Origin: Octopus bimaculoides
Taxonomy: Eukaryota
NCBI RefSeq assembly: GCF_001194135.2
Contig: NC_068982.1
Coordinates: 141,450,387-141,494,260 of the forward strand
Direction: 5' to 3'
Length of the DNA: 43,874 nucleotides
A program made the translations under genes and the position numbers. This document shows positions 1 through 10,938 of this stretch, in pieces. Position 1 is the first letter of the stretch; every line of letters starts with the position of its first letter. The notes under the pieces are model-generated. The model was not told where the DNA came from. It did no database searches and was given only the letters and a program-made list of their open reading frames with translations.

Positions 1-14
1 GTGTGTGTGTGTGT

Positions 15-238
15 GGTTTTGCGTTTTGCAGTTCATATCTGCATTTATTTTCAAAAGGTATCCGCTCCCGAATTTTATGTGGGAACCACTTTTTAAGTAT
101 TTAAAGTTCCTGATGTTGTTACACGTTCCACGTTTCCTGTCTCCACATTCTTTTAGTAAGAATTCTGATTCATTCTCCAATTTGAATTCAGCTCGTGTGG
201 GTTTTGTTTTTGTCAGATTTGTGGCTGATTTCTACTAT
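15..238 (-). mobile_element. Penelope-like element fragment (RT-to-endonuclease linker with Cys motif)
   Basis: Minus-strand translation TRAEFKLENESEFLLKECGDRKRGTCNNIRNFKYLKSGSHIKFGSGYLLKINADMNCKTQN matches the PLE linker before the GIY-YIG domain and parallels KKCARPNCGTCRYLLEGSEFTFK at 21883-22089. Frameshift near the start. Confidence 0.7.
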
Positions 239-300
239 AAAGATAAAACATTACAAATGTTAAAAAAACAAACTGCTACAAGGAAGAACCAAGACACCAT

Positions 301-460
301 GTTTTCATTGATCACCTGTCCTAAGTACTTTATTTTTGTCAAAATAAATTCACATTTATCCTCACTAACTTGAAACCCGTAATCACATATTCGTTTGAAG
401 ACCTCTTCTATACGTTCAATATGTTGGTCCCTTGATTCACTTTTCATCAATATCTCATCC
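301..460 (-). mobile_element. Ty3/Gypsy reverse transcriptase fragment (C-terminal part)
   Basis: DEILMKSESRDQHIERIEEVFKRICDYGFQVSEDKCEFILTKIKYLGQVINEN matches the Gypsy RT pattern DDILI...H...VF.R....G..L..EKC.F....IKYLG. Confidence 0.85.
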
Positions 461-469
461 TCGTCGCCA
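452..469 (-). other. Primer-binding site (tRNA-Ser(GCT)-type) of an LTR retrotransposon
   Basis: Minus strand reads TGGCGACGAGGATGAGAT. This is complementary at 17/18 positions to the metazoan tRNA-Ser(GCT) 3' end ATCCCATCCTCGTCGCCA, recalled from memory. Confidence 0.7.
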
Positions 470-470
470 C

Positions 471-586
471 TATTATATCGGAAGTTCGGGTGACCTCTAT
501 TCACTAATCCAACGTCTAGACTTCCCCCTCTATATCTACGTATTGGACTAGCCTTCTTCATCGTTTTGGGGCGTCGACACAACACA
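471..586 (-). mobile_element. Candidate short LTR of the Gypsy remnant
   Basis: Lies 1 nt upstream of the PBS. On the minus strand it begins TGTGTTGTG/TGTTGTG and ends TATAATA (possibly a mutated ...ACA). No second LTR copy in the window, so the far boundary is uncertain. Confidence 0.45.
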
Positions 587-602
587 CCCGCAAAAACCAA
601 TA

Positions 603-1045
603 ATGAATAAAATCAGAAGACTAATCAATGCATTTAAAGATTCCTTCATAGACAAGGAGAATGATTATATATGCAACTTTGTAATCAAATAGAGCAATTT
701 CTACGGATTACCCAACATCCACAAAAGCTCCGAAATTCAAAATGCCATAAATAAGCAGAAGAACCGATACATAAAAATACTAACACCTGCTGACCTCAAA
801 CTAAAACCAGTAGTTGCTGCACTTCAAGCACCAACACAAGAGCTAAGTAATTTTTTTAGATTGATATACTCCTAAAACCTTTGTGCCCTTTAATACCCAG
901 TTATGTACGGGACGGCATAGATTTCATCCAACACATTCCTCCCACTATCGATGAAGGTACGATACTTACACATTTTGTTGTCAACAGTCTCTACCCTAAT
1001 ATACCTCACAATTTAGGCCTAGAAGCAATCAAACACTGGGTCGAT
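603..1045 (+). mobile_element. Penelope-like element reverse transcriptase fragment (decayed)
   Basis: SNFYGLPNIHKS...DLKLKPVVA...LSNFF/DILLKPLCPLIPSYVRDGIDFIQHIP...VNSLYPNIPHNLGLEAIKHW carries the PLE RT motifs FYGLPKIHK, LRPIV, SYVRD and SLYTNIPH. One stop and one frameshift. Confidence 0.9.
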
Positions 1046-1388
1046 ATTGAAACGTAGAGGATGGATAAATGGACGCTGTGTTAACCAACGAAATGTGTTA
1101 ACAACAAAAGAGATGAAGACAAATATCAGTCAAACGTAAATAATGTAAATAATATGATGGATTGCATTTTAATTATAACTCAAATTTTGGAAACATAATT
1201 CTCATCTTTGTAAATATTCAGGTGTGTATGTGTGGCATTCAAATGTTCTGAGCTTTGCGTGTTTTTTCTAGTTTATAAGTGTCCTACTAATGTTTTCTAA
1301 TGAAAAAACGTAAAATTGAATGAAGCGTAATTTTAGATTTCAATGCAAAACATCGAAGTTACACAGTATAAACATGGACATATTCCCA

Positions 1389-1450
1389 AACACACATACA
1401 CACACACACACACACAAACACACACACTGTCACACACACGCACAAACGCA
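1389..1450. repeat. Imperfect (CA)n microsatellite
   Basis: Directly visible. Confidence 0.9.
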
Positions 1451-1571
1451 CAGAAACATACACACACACGCTTCATCAAGGGATTCTCTCCAAAAGGAAT
1501 GTTTGAAGGTAAAGCGGGGAATTTGCATTTCTTATTCCAAATGCCGCTAATCTCTACAAATGTTCAGATAT

Positions 1572-1678
1572 ATATGTGCGTGTGTGTGCATGCGCGCGTG
1601 TATGTACATGTGTGTGTGTTTGTGTGTGTGCGTGTGTGCGTGTGTATGTGTGTGTGTGTGTGTGTGTATGTGTGTGTA
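1572..1678. repeat. Imperfect (GT)n microsatellite
   Basis: Directly visible. Confidence 0.9.
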
Positions 1679-1829
1679 GCATTGGGATGTTGCAGCTTCA
1701 CGTATATATTTTTTAATTTGTAAATATTGTGGTAATGTTTTTACATGCAGAACTACATTTAATAAAAAATATTGATCTCAAAATTGCAAGAAAAGCGGTG
1801 ACAGTACATCTTGTATTATACATATAACG

Positions 1830-1925
1830 CAAAGGGGAGAAAAAGAAACAAAAAAGGAAGGGGAAGAGAGGAAAAAGAAAGAGTAACAAAGGGTAAAGAA
1901 GGGAAAAGAGAGAAAGAAGGCAAAA
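1830..1925. repeat. Purine-rich (GA/A) low-complexity tract
   Basis: Almost only A and G on the + strand. Confidence 0.8.
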
Positions 1926-2059
1926 AAACTTTCAGTGATAACCACGCCACACATGATACTTTTTTTTTCTTGAAGAGGTCACCATCCTTAAACCTATTTT
2001 AATGCAATGGTAAAGACTAAATAAATAAATGAATAATAAATTGGAAGGGGAATCCCATT

Positions 2060-2215
2060 CTCCTCTCTTTCTCACTCATTCTATCTATCTATCTACCTCT
2101 CTCTCTTTCTTTCTGACTATCTCTCTATCTTTCTCTTTTTCTCTTTCTCTATCTATCTCTCTATCTATCTCTCTATCTATCTCTCTATCTATCTCTCTAT
2201 CTCTCTATCTTATCT
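2060..2215. repeat. (CT)n/(CTAT)n compound microsatellite
   Basis: Repeated ctatctctct units. Confidence 0.9.
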
Positions 2216-3089
2216 ATCAACATATCTCTAGTGTCATGGATCCTATTTCGCCCCCCCCCCNNNNNNNNNNNNNNNNNNNNNNNNNNNNNNNNNNNNNNNN
2301 NNNNNNNNNNNNNNNNNNNNNNNNNNNNNNNNNNNNNNNNNNNNNNNNNNNNNNNNNNNNNNNNNNNNNNNNNNNNNNNNNNNNNNNNNNNNNNNNNNNN
2401 NNNNNNNNNNNNNNNNNNNNNNNNNNNNNNNNNNNNNNNNNNNNNNNNNNNNNNNNNNNNNNNNNNNNNNNNNNNNNNNNNNNNNNNNNNNNNNNNNNNN
2501 NNNNNNNNNNNNNNNNNNNNNNNNNNNNNNNNNNNNNNNNNNNNNNNNNNNNNNNNNNNNNNNNNNNNNNNNNNNNNNNNNNNNNNNNNNNNNNNNNNNN
2601 NNNNNNNNNNNNNNNNNNNNNNNNNNNNNNNNNNNNNNNNNNNNNNNNNNNNNNNNNNNNNNNNNNNNNNNNNNNNNNNNNNNNNNNNNNNNNNNNNNNN
2701 NNNNNNNNNNNNNNNNNNNNNNNNNNNNNNNNNNNNNNNNNNNNNNNNNNNNNNNNNNNNNNNNNNNNNNNNNNNNNNNNNNNNNNNNNNNNNNNTATAT
2801 TTATATATATGTATATTTGTAAACATATGCGACAATTATTCGGTAGCCATTATAAAACTCCGAGTTTTGGATGCCGGGGCGAAAACCCACGCCGGCGTCT
2901 CTTCAGTTGTCTGTCCATTGAAAATTGCTACATTATCAGAAATAAGAGCCAATATACTCTAAGCTGTAGTTAAAGCACATGATGTTATAAATATTTGCTG
3001 AGTGGGACTGTAATCGCTCAAAACACCAATCAAGAATTCCGTGCACTACCGATCAGTTTTGGCTATTTCCGTACTTACATCAGTAAGGA

Positions 3090-3218
3090 CTTCTTGGAGA
3101 CGATGAAATAGAAGAGGTGAGCAGCTATGTGTATCTCGGTCCAGAAGAAACTATTAGGCAAGAGAAGGAGAATGATATCACGCAGAGAGTAAGAGGAGGA
3201 TAGAGAGTGTTCAAGTCG
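3090..3218 (+). mobile_element. RTE-clade LINE fragment (late RT / YLG region)
   Basis: LLGDDEIEEVSSYVYLGPEETIRQEKENDITQRVRGG*RVFKS matches the RTE pattern IE.V..YVYLG......EI.RRI..GW..F. Confidence 0.8.
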
Positions 3219-3344
3219 CTTACACTCATGCACACGTATCCGCTCGCACATATATTTCACATCATGGTAAGATTACACTTTTCAGCGAAAAACTGTAAAG
3301 AAAATCCCAATATAAATATATATTTTCTGTTAGATTATGTTCTC

Positions 3345-3740
3345 ACCTATTGGAGCTCTTCCGTGTGTGCTCTTCCGCTCTATTTCCGCATGATTCCACC
3401 GATTGCCTGTGAATCTTGAGACATAACCAGTCCATTGTAGCTTTGCGTAGTGATATTACGCGATAACATACTCCTTTGAAGTTCTATCGTTCATCTTCTC
3501 GTTCCGGATGTGAACTCTTAGAGCAATGTTCAGCATCGACCTTTCCATGACTCTCTGCAACGTGAGCAGATATTATTCTTTTCTCATTGTCAAGGCCTCA
3601 CACGCGTATAGCCTTGCCACAGGCAAGACCGTGCTGCTACAAAGATTAGGATGAGTTGCTTTGTTGATCTTCAAGCTAAACGTCGAACTCCTGAAATCCA
3701 GTTCGTCCAACATGGTCTGTAGCAGGTGTAGATAAAATCC
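3345..3740 (-). mobile_element. RTE-clade LINE fragment (RT end fused to C-terminal region)
   Basis: LQTMLDELDFRSSTFSLKIN joined to KATHPNLCSSTVLPVARLYACEALT...QRVMERSMLNIALRVHIRNE...KLQWTGYVSRFTGNRW, all RTE motifs. Several stops. Confidence 0.85.
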
Positions 3741-6327
3741 AGTCTACGTATGTTTCATATTTATATACGCGTATATTTTTATGTTTGCACATATATGTAT
3801 ATGAACGGGTTTATAATTTTATGTTNNNNNNNNNNNNNNNNNNNNNNNNNNNNNNNNNNNNNNNNNNNNNNNNNNNNNNNNNNNNNNNNNNNNNNNNNNN
3901 NNNNNNNNNNNNNNNNNNNNNNNNNNNNNNNNNNNNNNNNNNNNNNNNNNNNNNNNNNNNNNNNNNNNNNNNNNNNNNNNNNNNNNNNNNNNNNNNNNNN
4001 NNNNNNNNNNNNNNNNNNNNNNNNNNNNNNNNNNNNNNNNNNNNNNNNNNNNNNNNNNNNNNNNNNNNNNNNNNNNNNNNNNNNNNNNNNNNNNNNNNNN
4101 NNNNNNNNNNNNNNNNNNNNNNNNNNNNNNNNNNNNNNNNNNNNNNNNNNNNNNNNNNNNNNNNNNNNNNNNNNNNNNNNNNNNNNNNNNNNNNNNNNNN
4201 NNNNNNNNNNNNNNNNNNNNNNNNNNNNNNNNNNNNNNNNNNNNNNNNNNNNNNNNNNNNNNNNNNNNNNNNNNNNNNNNNNNNNNNNNNNNNNNNNNNN
4301 NNNNNNNNNNNNNNNNNNNNNNNNNNNNNNNNNNNNNNNNNNNNNNNNNNNNNNNNNNNNNNNNNNNNNNNNNNNNNNNNNNNNNNNNNNNNNNNNNNNN
4401 NNNNNNNNNNNNNNNNNNNNNNNNNNNNNNNNNNNNNNNNNNNNNNNNNNNNTATATACATATATATATGTGGATATGAATGAGCGTCTACCCATATATC
4501 TCCCTTTTCTTGCTATCCTAAGAATAGGCGTATATTTTCATACTTCTACCTTGGGAAAGAACTTTCCATACCCATCAGCACAAATTCCCTTACTCATAAA
4601 TCCTGCATGTTCTAAGCCTAAAAGTTCCTCAAATAATGTCCGCATCATGTTCAATGTAGTCTGAAACGATAGGATGTTATCCTGGTACTCAAAGTAACTG
4701 TCCACCATATCCTCTAGCAGAAACAGCTATGCAATATATATANNNNNNNNNNNNNNNNNNNNNNNNNNNNNNNNNNNNNNNNNNNNNNNNNNNNNNNNNN
4801 NNNNNNNNNNNNNNNNNNNNNNNNNNNNNNNNNNNNNNNNNNNNNNNNNNNNNNNNNNNNNNNNNNNNNNNNNNNNNNNNNNNNNNNNNNNNNNNNNNNN
4901 NNNNNNNNNNNNNNNNNNNNNNNNNNNNNNNNNNNNNNNNNNNNNNNNNNNNNNNNNNNNNNNNNNNNNNNNNNNNNNNNNNNNNNNNNNNNNNNNNNNN
5001 NNNNNNNNNNNNNNNNNNNNNNNNNNNNNNNNNNNNNNNNNNNNNNNNNNNNNNNNNNNNNNNNNNNNNNNNNNNNNNNNNNNNNNNNNNNNNNNNNNNN
5101 NNNNNNNNNNNNNNNNNNNNNNNNNNNNNNNNNNNNNNNNNNNNNNNNNNNNNNNNNNNNNNNNNNNNNNNNNNNNNNNNNNNNNNNNNNNNNNNNNNNN
5201 NNNNNNNNNNNNNNNNNNNNNNNNNNNNNNNNNNNNNNNNNNNNNNNNNNNNNNNNNNNNNNNNNNNNNNNNNNNNNNNNNNNNNNNNNNNNNNNNNNNN
5301 NNNNNNNNNNNNNNNNNNNNNNNNNNNNNNNNNNNNNNNNNNNNNNNNNNNNNNNNNNNNNNNNNNNNNNNNNNNNNNNNNNNNNNNNNNNNTATATATA
5401 TTTATATATATATATTTATATATATATTTACATATATATTCATATCTATATTTTTAATATGCTTAAAGCACAAAAGTGTGTTACACAATTATGTTATATT
5501 GCTTTATAAACGATATCGATACCCGTATATGTAAATACATAAAACAACCACATTTAAAAAACAACGATTGAAAATAATGGGAATTCTGTGTGTGCAAAAA
5601 AATAATCTTGAAAGATAAAGATATAAACTATCCTCAATATTCCGTTTGATATTCTTTGATGCAAATATAGATAATTACTCTAAACAGGGAATAATAATGG
5701 GAACGGAAATGAGATTTCCATCTAAAGCAATAAAATACTGAACAGATAATATCCGGCTTCGCTGACTGAATTAAGGTTATATTTCCTGCAAACAAAATCT
5801 ATTTGAAGCAACGGAAAGATGAAGAGACAAGATTAAAATTATATTCCGAAAAATACTAATTGTTTGAAAGAGAAAACTTGAAAACTATTGCAGATTAGCA
5901 TACAATGTCAGTTTTGTGTGGGATTTATTGTTTCAATGAAAGAAAACACAAATCTTTACATAAAATTATTTTCCATATTTAGTTTTGTGATTTATATTTT
6001 AAAGAACCGTCTAAGGAAATATGAGTCAGAAAGTCGACCGATTCTAATTTTCTGGTGCTTCAATTTTCCCATGACGTGAGTGGGTGCCATTCTAAACGTT
6101 AAAATGAACAGCACATAGAATCTACTTGTCCAGTTGTTCGATTTAACTTTGTGAAATATAATATGGAAAGAATGTTTGCCACAATCAACTGTCTATTTTC
6201 ACAACTGTATTACACTGCATTGTGTATAAGGAATTAACATATATAGGGACTAAAATCATAAGATGACAGTTCATAACAAAACACTTTAAAAGAAAGTCCT
6301 CCAGATTATTGTAGAGACCTGTAATTA

Positions 6328-6903
6328 CGATTAGAAAAACATTCTTTTTCATTTGTTTTGAAAAGAGGAAAACTAGTTAAGAGTAGAAACTTCACACTGG
6401 ATAAAGCAAATGAAATGAGAGTATTAGACCGACGCTAAATATACAGATACTTAAGAATCAATGAACTAGATACCGTACAGTACACACAAGTGAAAGAAAA
6501 AATACTATAGACGTTTTATATTAATACTGAAAATAGGGATCAATGCGAAAAACAAGATAAAAGGTATGAAGCTGTCCCCGTTATAAATTACAGCTACAAT
6601 ATCCTTAACTGGACACTAAATGAACTAATCAAAATAGACAGGAAAACAAGAAAATAATAACAGGATGTAAGATGCACCACCCAAGGTCTGACATAGAAAG
6701 GTTATATACACAATGTATGGAAGGTGGTAGAGGTCTTATACCGCTATGAAGCTATGACAAAATAACCACTATAGGAACACAAAAATACATACTACAGAAG
6801 GAAGTAAAACTAATACAAATAGTCACAAGACACGAACAAGAAAAACAACTGTTTTTAATCATTAGGGAAACTGACAAATATAAAAAAAGAAGTCATAGTA
6901 CCT
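6328..6903 (+). mobile_element. R4/Dong-like non-LTR retrotransposon fragment (post-RT region)
   Basis: LKRGKLVKS...YRYLRINE...NAKNKIK...AVPVINYSYNILNWTLNELIKIDRKTRK...MHHPRSDIERLY..EGGRGL matches this clade. Frameshifts and stops present. Confidence 0.8.
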
Positions 6904-7650
6904 AATCTGGGGAATACGAGGGTGATCAACGAGTTCAAAGCCACATTCACTCAGAGCAGACATTGAAACCAAGGACTTGTGTATTGGCGCTGTGTTCTGA
7001 TCAAACAATATCCCTTTGGTCTGTTTACCTGAGCCTCTGATCTTTATAGCGTTTCGAAACTACAAGTTGGCATAGTTCTCTCCATTGATGGCGTTCACCT
7101 TTTGTAGATAGTCAATAAACACAATGACTTTTGCATCCTAAAGACTCAGGCCATCAACTTCCCTGCAGATGAAATGACCTTGGCCTTTATTGGAGCAGGT
7201 GAGAGGGTGTTTTACTACTGCATGGATTGATTGATTGGCCCTGGATCAAAGTGTTGACAGTTACACTCATCCTGGGTTACGAAACTTTAACGGTAACCTG
7301 CTAGATCTGATTTCCACTGATGTGACGAGGCCTCTTGTGCGCTTTTGATTAGATGTCAGTAAACGTGACACCGACCGAGCAGGAACCTTAGTCTTGATTT
7401 ATAATAAATAACCTGTCATCAATCACCATGTGTTGAACAGCATCAGTGTTTTCCTCGGTGGAAGCAGTTTCAGGTTGTTCAGTCCTTGAAGGATCGTCAA
7501 CACTTTCACCTCCTAAATTCAGACACTCACTTTCATGATATTGATAAAGCTGGAGCCTCATTATTAAATGTAGCAAGCAATGTCAGCCTGAATGTTGTCG
7601 GAGTTGATATCGTAAATCCTATCTTGCAGTATGCTGGAACATATTTTCTG
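6903..7650 (-). mobile_element. Mariner transposase pseudogene fragment
   Basis: Minus strand shows the N-terminal HTH region (TASTEENTDAVQHMVIDDR), KV.AR.V.RLLT (WVPRLL motif), KAKVISSAGK.MA, and GFELVDHP.YSPD. Internal deletion near 7390; truncated at the YSPDL motif. Confidence 0.9.
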
Positions 7651-8608
7651 CGGTTTCTCTTTCAAGTATTAGATATGTATCTCCCAATGTACGTTCAATT
7701 ACGAATTACTTTTTTGTCTTATATTGTATCGATTTTAAATCAACATGTACGACATAACAACTTAACATCATTTGGAAATGTTTCGTAAATATTTATTTCA
7801 TTGTGCATCTTAATGTCATCCTACCGTTACGCAAACGTATATTTTCACCGAATAGTTCCATTTTTTAAAACTACTCAGCAAAATTAACAATATTAGCGAA
7901 ATGACAGAGATAAATTCATTGGGACACAAACGTGCTTTCCATATTTCAGCTGTTGTGAAGCAGCTTGCAGTTCTTTCTAGTATATATTTCATCAGAACGT
8001 ATTCATTTTAACATCGAAAAAATTTATTTATTATATTTTCCCAATATGATTACTCTGTCAATTATTTCATCATTTCTTATGCGTTTCTACAGGCTTATTT
8101 TTAAGTTATCATTATAAATATTAGGAGACAACTGACAGTGCTTTTCCATATATGCATATCACTATTTATCTCCAATTTATATACTTTGAAATGTTGTATT
8201 CTATATCAAACGAAATATCTTGAAACTTTTTCCATTATCACTGACATATACCTTCATTACAGGTTCAGATCACAAAATTATTTATATTTCCGATAAATTT
8301 TGTTATAACTGAAATTTAAAAGATGCCTTTTCAAACCGGATGCGTTGTAAATTCGATAAAATTCTGCTCCTTTTTTTCTGTTTCTTGTTATAAATAAAAT
8401 TTAAACGGTAAATATGTTTACGTAGTGTTACTCAATATTATGTGAACATCTAATATTGACTCAATTGTTCTCAGAAATCATATATAATAGCAGATACTGA
8501 AATCTTATTCATCTTTCAGATACAGTGACAGATATTTAGAAGACAGTGTACCACAAGAATAATAGCCACCCCACTTAAGCAATAACAAAAGTGAAGGAAT
8601 TGCCGAGA

Positions 8609-8640
8609 TATTAGGTTGGCGAAAAAATTCCTTCCGATTT
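8609..8640 (+). mobile_element. Possible lone mariner-type terminal inverted repeat
   Basis: TA+TTAGGTTGGCGAAAAAATTCC resembles TTAGGTTGGT... mariner ends and shares its first 10 nt with the end at 15479. No partner TIR seen. Confidence 0.35.
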
Positions 8641-9225
8641 GCTAAAGCATTCTCAGTTATCATCTCAATGAGATAATACTGTTATCCTGTTAACTGAATG
8701 AATCAACTAATTGTCTAGTACTAGATTCGCTCATTTTCATTCCTATATTTTCTTTCTCGTCACAAGAGGCCTACTATCACGAAATGAAGACGCTGAAACT
8801 ATTATTCGAGTACCACATTTCGTATGCAGCGCCAGATATTTCGTTGTACATTCAAGTAAAACTATTCAATAGTGCGAACGCTTTGAGTGACAAGTGTCTT
8901 TGTGCAAAGGACATTAATCGGACCCCACCACCAAATCCACCCTAATATACTCCAAATGCGTCTTCTACCCCCACCCCCACACACACACACATGCGTGTGT
9001 TTTATTTTATCTTCAGTCATATTCTGTCTGACAATGGGTTAGCTGGCTGGAACTTCAATATGGGTCAAGAATATATTCTTCTTATTTAACAAAAAACTAT
9101 CTATCTACCTATCTATATATATATTAAATTAAACAATAGGGTAAAAAATTGGATATTAATTTATATCAATTTAATACCAGGGAACAGGCACATTAAAAGA
9201 ATCAGGGAGATTCAGAAAAAAAGTT

Positions 9226-9226
9226 A

Positions 9227-9266
<40 letters not shown>

Positions 9267-9334
9267 NNNNNNNNNNNNNNNNNNNNNNNNNNNNNNNNNN
9301 NNNNNNNNNNNNNNNNNNNNNNNNNNNNNNNNNN

Positions 9335-9387
<53 letters not shown>
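9226..9387. repeat. (TA)n / gap / (TG)n microsatellites
   Basis: Directly visible. Confidence 0.9.
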
Positions 9388-9390
<3 letters not shown>

Positions 9391-10717
9391 TGTGTGGATG
9401 TATGGAGTTATATATGTATGGAAGTTTGCACAATGAAAAAGGGATTAAGACATCGAAAGAGATATCAATAACGCACTCAGAGTTAAACAGATTCGATTAA
9501 CTATACCCAACAATCAGACACCAATAAATGCTCGTAGAATACATATACAAGTGAAATTCTCATATATTTAAAGTAGATCGAAATGTCATTTCGAAGAATT
9601 TCGAGAAATTCAGAATATTTTACAGGAAATAATACGTATACAGAAAATCACATCCTTATTGTAGAATTCACCTTATAAAGCCGACAATTGATTCTATTGC
9701 ATTAGAATATAGAAAATCATTGAAATTAATATTTCCGAAAATATATGTAAACAGCATTCTTAAGACAAATCAAAAATTGTGAAGTTCAAAGTGAACATAT
9801 GAAATATTTCCAGTATACGAAAGCCTTCAAAAATGAACGCTAAGACGGAATGTAATCCAAGATATATGTGTATTCAACTAATGATGTCGTCGGTAGATAA
9901 CAAAACAATAAGAAATAAACATAAAAGTCTACAATACAACACTGAGAAACAAAGAGAAATATAGTCTAAAAAGGCAATATTCTATATTCCACTATTGGCG
10001 ACATACTTCCATAACGAAACGATTAAAAATAAACATAAGAATTTTAGGTTATGATAATTAAAAACAAAGATTTTACTTCAAAACAATTCTTTATCTAGGC
10101 GTCAAATGTAGTAAACACTTTAGAAAAATTAACGTTACTATATAATTTATGAAAAGCATTGAAATATTTAAATGTTTCGAAATGTATGGCAACATTTCAT
10201 TGTAAAACTCCCATTAAATTTAATAAAATCAGTTTAAAAGAAACATTTCTTGACGATAAATATCTCAGGTAGAATTACCAATATACTACGATGGTATGCA
10301 ACTAATTATTGACCACTTTTAATCATACTTATGTTTCTTATCATTTAATTCTCATATTCATTTACTAAGGTTTCTAGAATTACCTTCTCTTTTATACTTA
10401 AGCGAATGACAATGATTGTAAAATTTAGATTTCCAAATTGTAGCAGGTAAACTAATGTAAGAATACTTATGATTCCTTGTAATTATTTTAGACAGATTGA
10501 ATGTATATTTCCTTAAACACTGATTTTCTAAAGGGCTTACAATTGTTGTTTGTTTACAATTACATAAGTATTTATTCACATGTGTTTGGTTTTCTTGAAC
10601 CAGTTTCCGAAGCCATTCTTAATTCTATCTCTGCTAATACAATGATCAACTAGTTTTAATATTAATTGTAATAATCATAATCCCGCCTTAACATCTAATT
10701 CTGAGATTAGTAGAAAT

Positions 10718-10938
10718 TCTTATTTCTTTACTGCCCAAAAGAGGAGACAAACAAGGACAGAGAAACGGATTGATTAAGTCGATTATCTTGATCCCAGTGC
10801 GTAACTGGTACTTATTTAATTGATCCCGAAAGGATAAAAGGCAAAGTCGACCTCGGCAAAATCTGAAATTAGAAAGTAGTGGCAAACAAAATGACGCTAA
10901 GCATTTCGCCCTGAGTGCTAACGATTCTGCCAGCTCGG
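10718..10938 (-). mobile_element. tRNA-derived SINE, family B
   Basis: Homologous in inverse orientation to 13950-14175 (shared GAGCTGGCAGAA..GTTAGCAC head and GGTCGACTTTGCCTTT.ATCCTTTCGGG body). Confidence 0.85.

Noticed and set aside
1320-1723. His/Thr-rich and Cys/Val-rich ORFs, and an apparent inverted repeat between (CA)n and (GT)n
   Set aside because: These are translations and self-complementarity of dinucleotide microsatellites; the unique flanks do not pair convincingly.
8768-8945. Open frame AYYHEMKTLKLLFEYHISYAAPDISLYIQ... after a good polypyrimidine/AG acceptor
   Set aside because: No recognisable homology and only a weak donor (gtaaaa); expected by chance in 44 kb.
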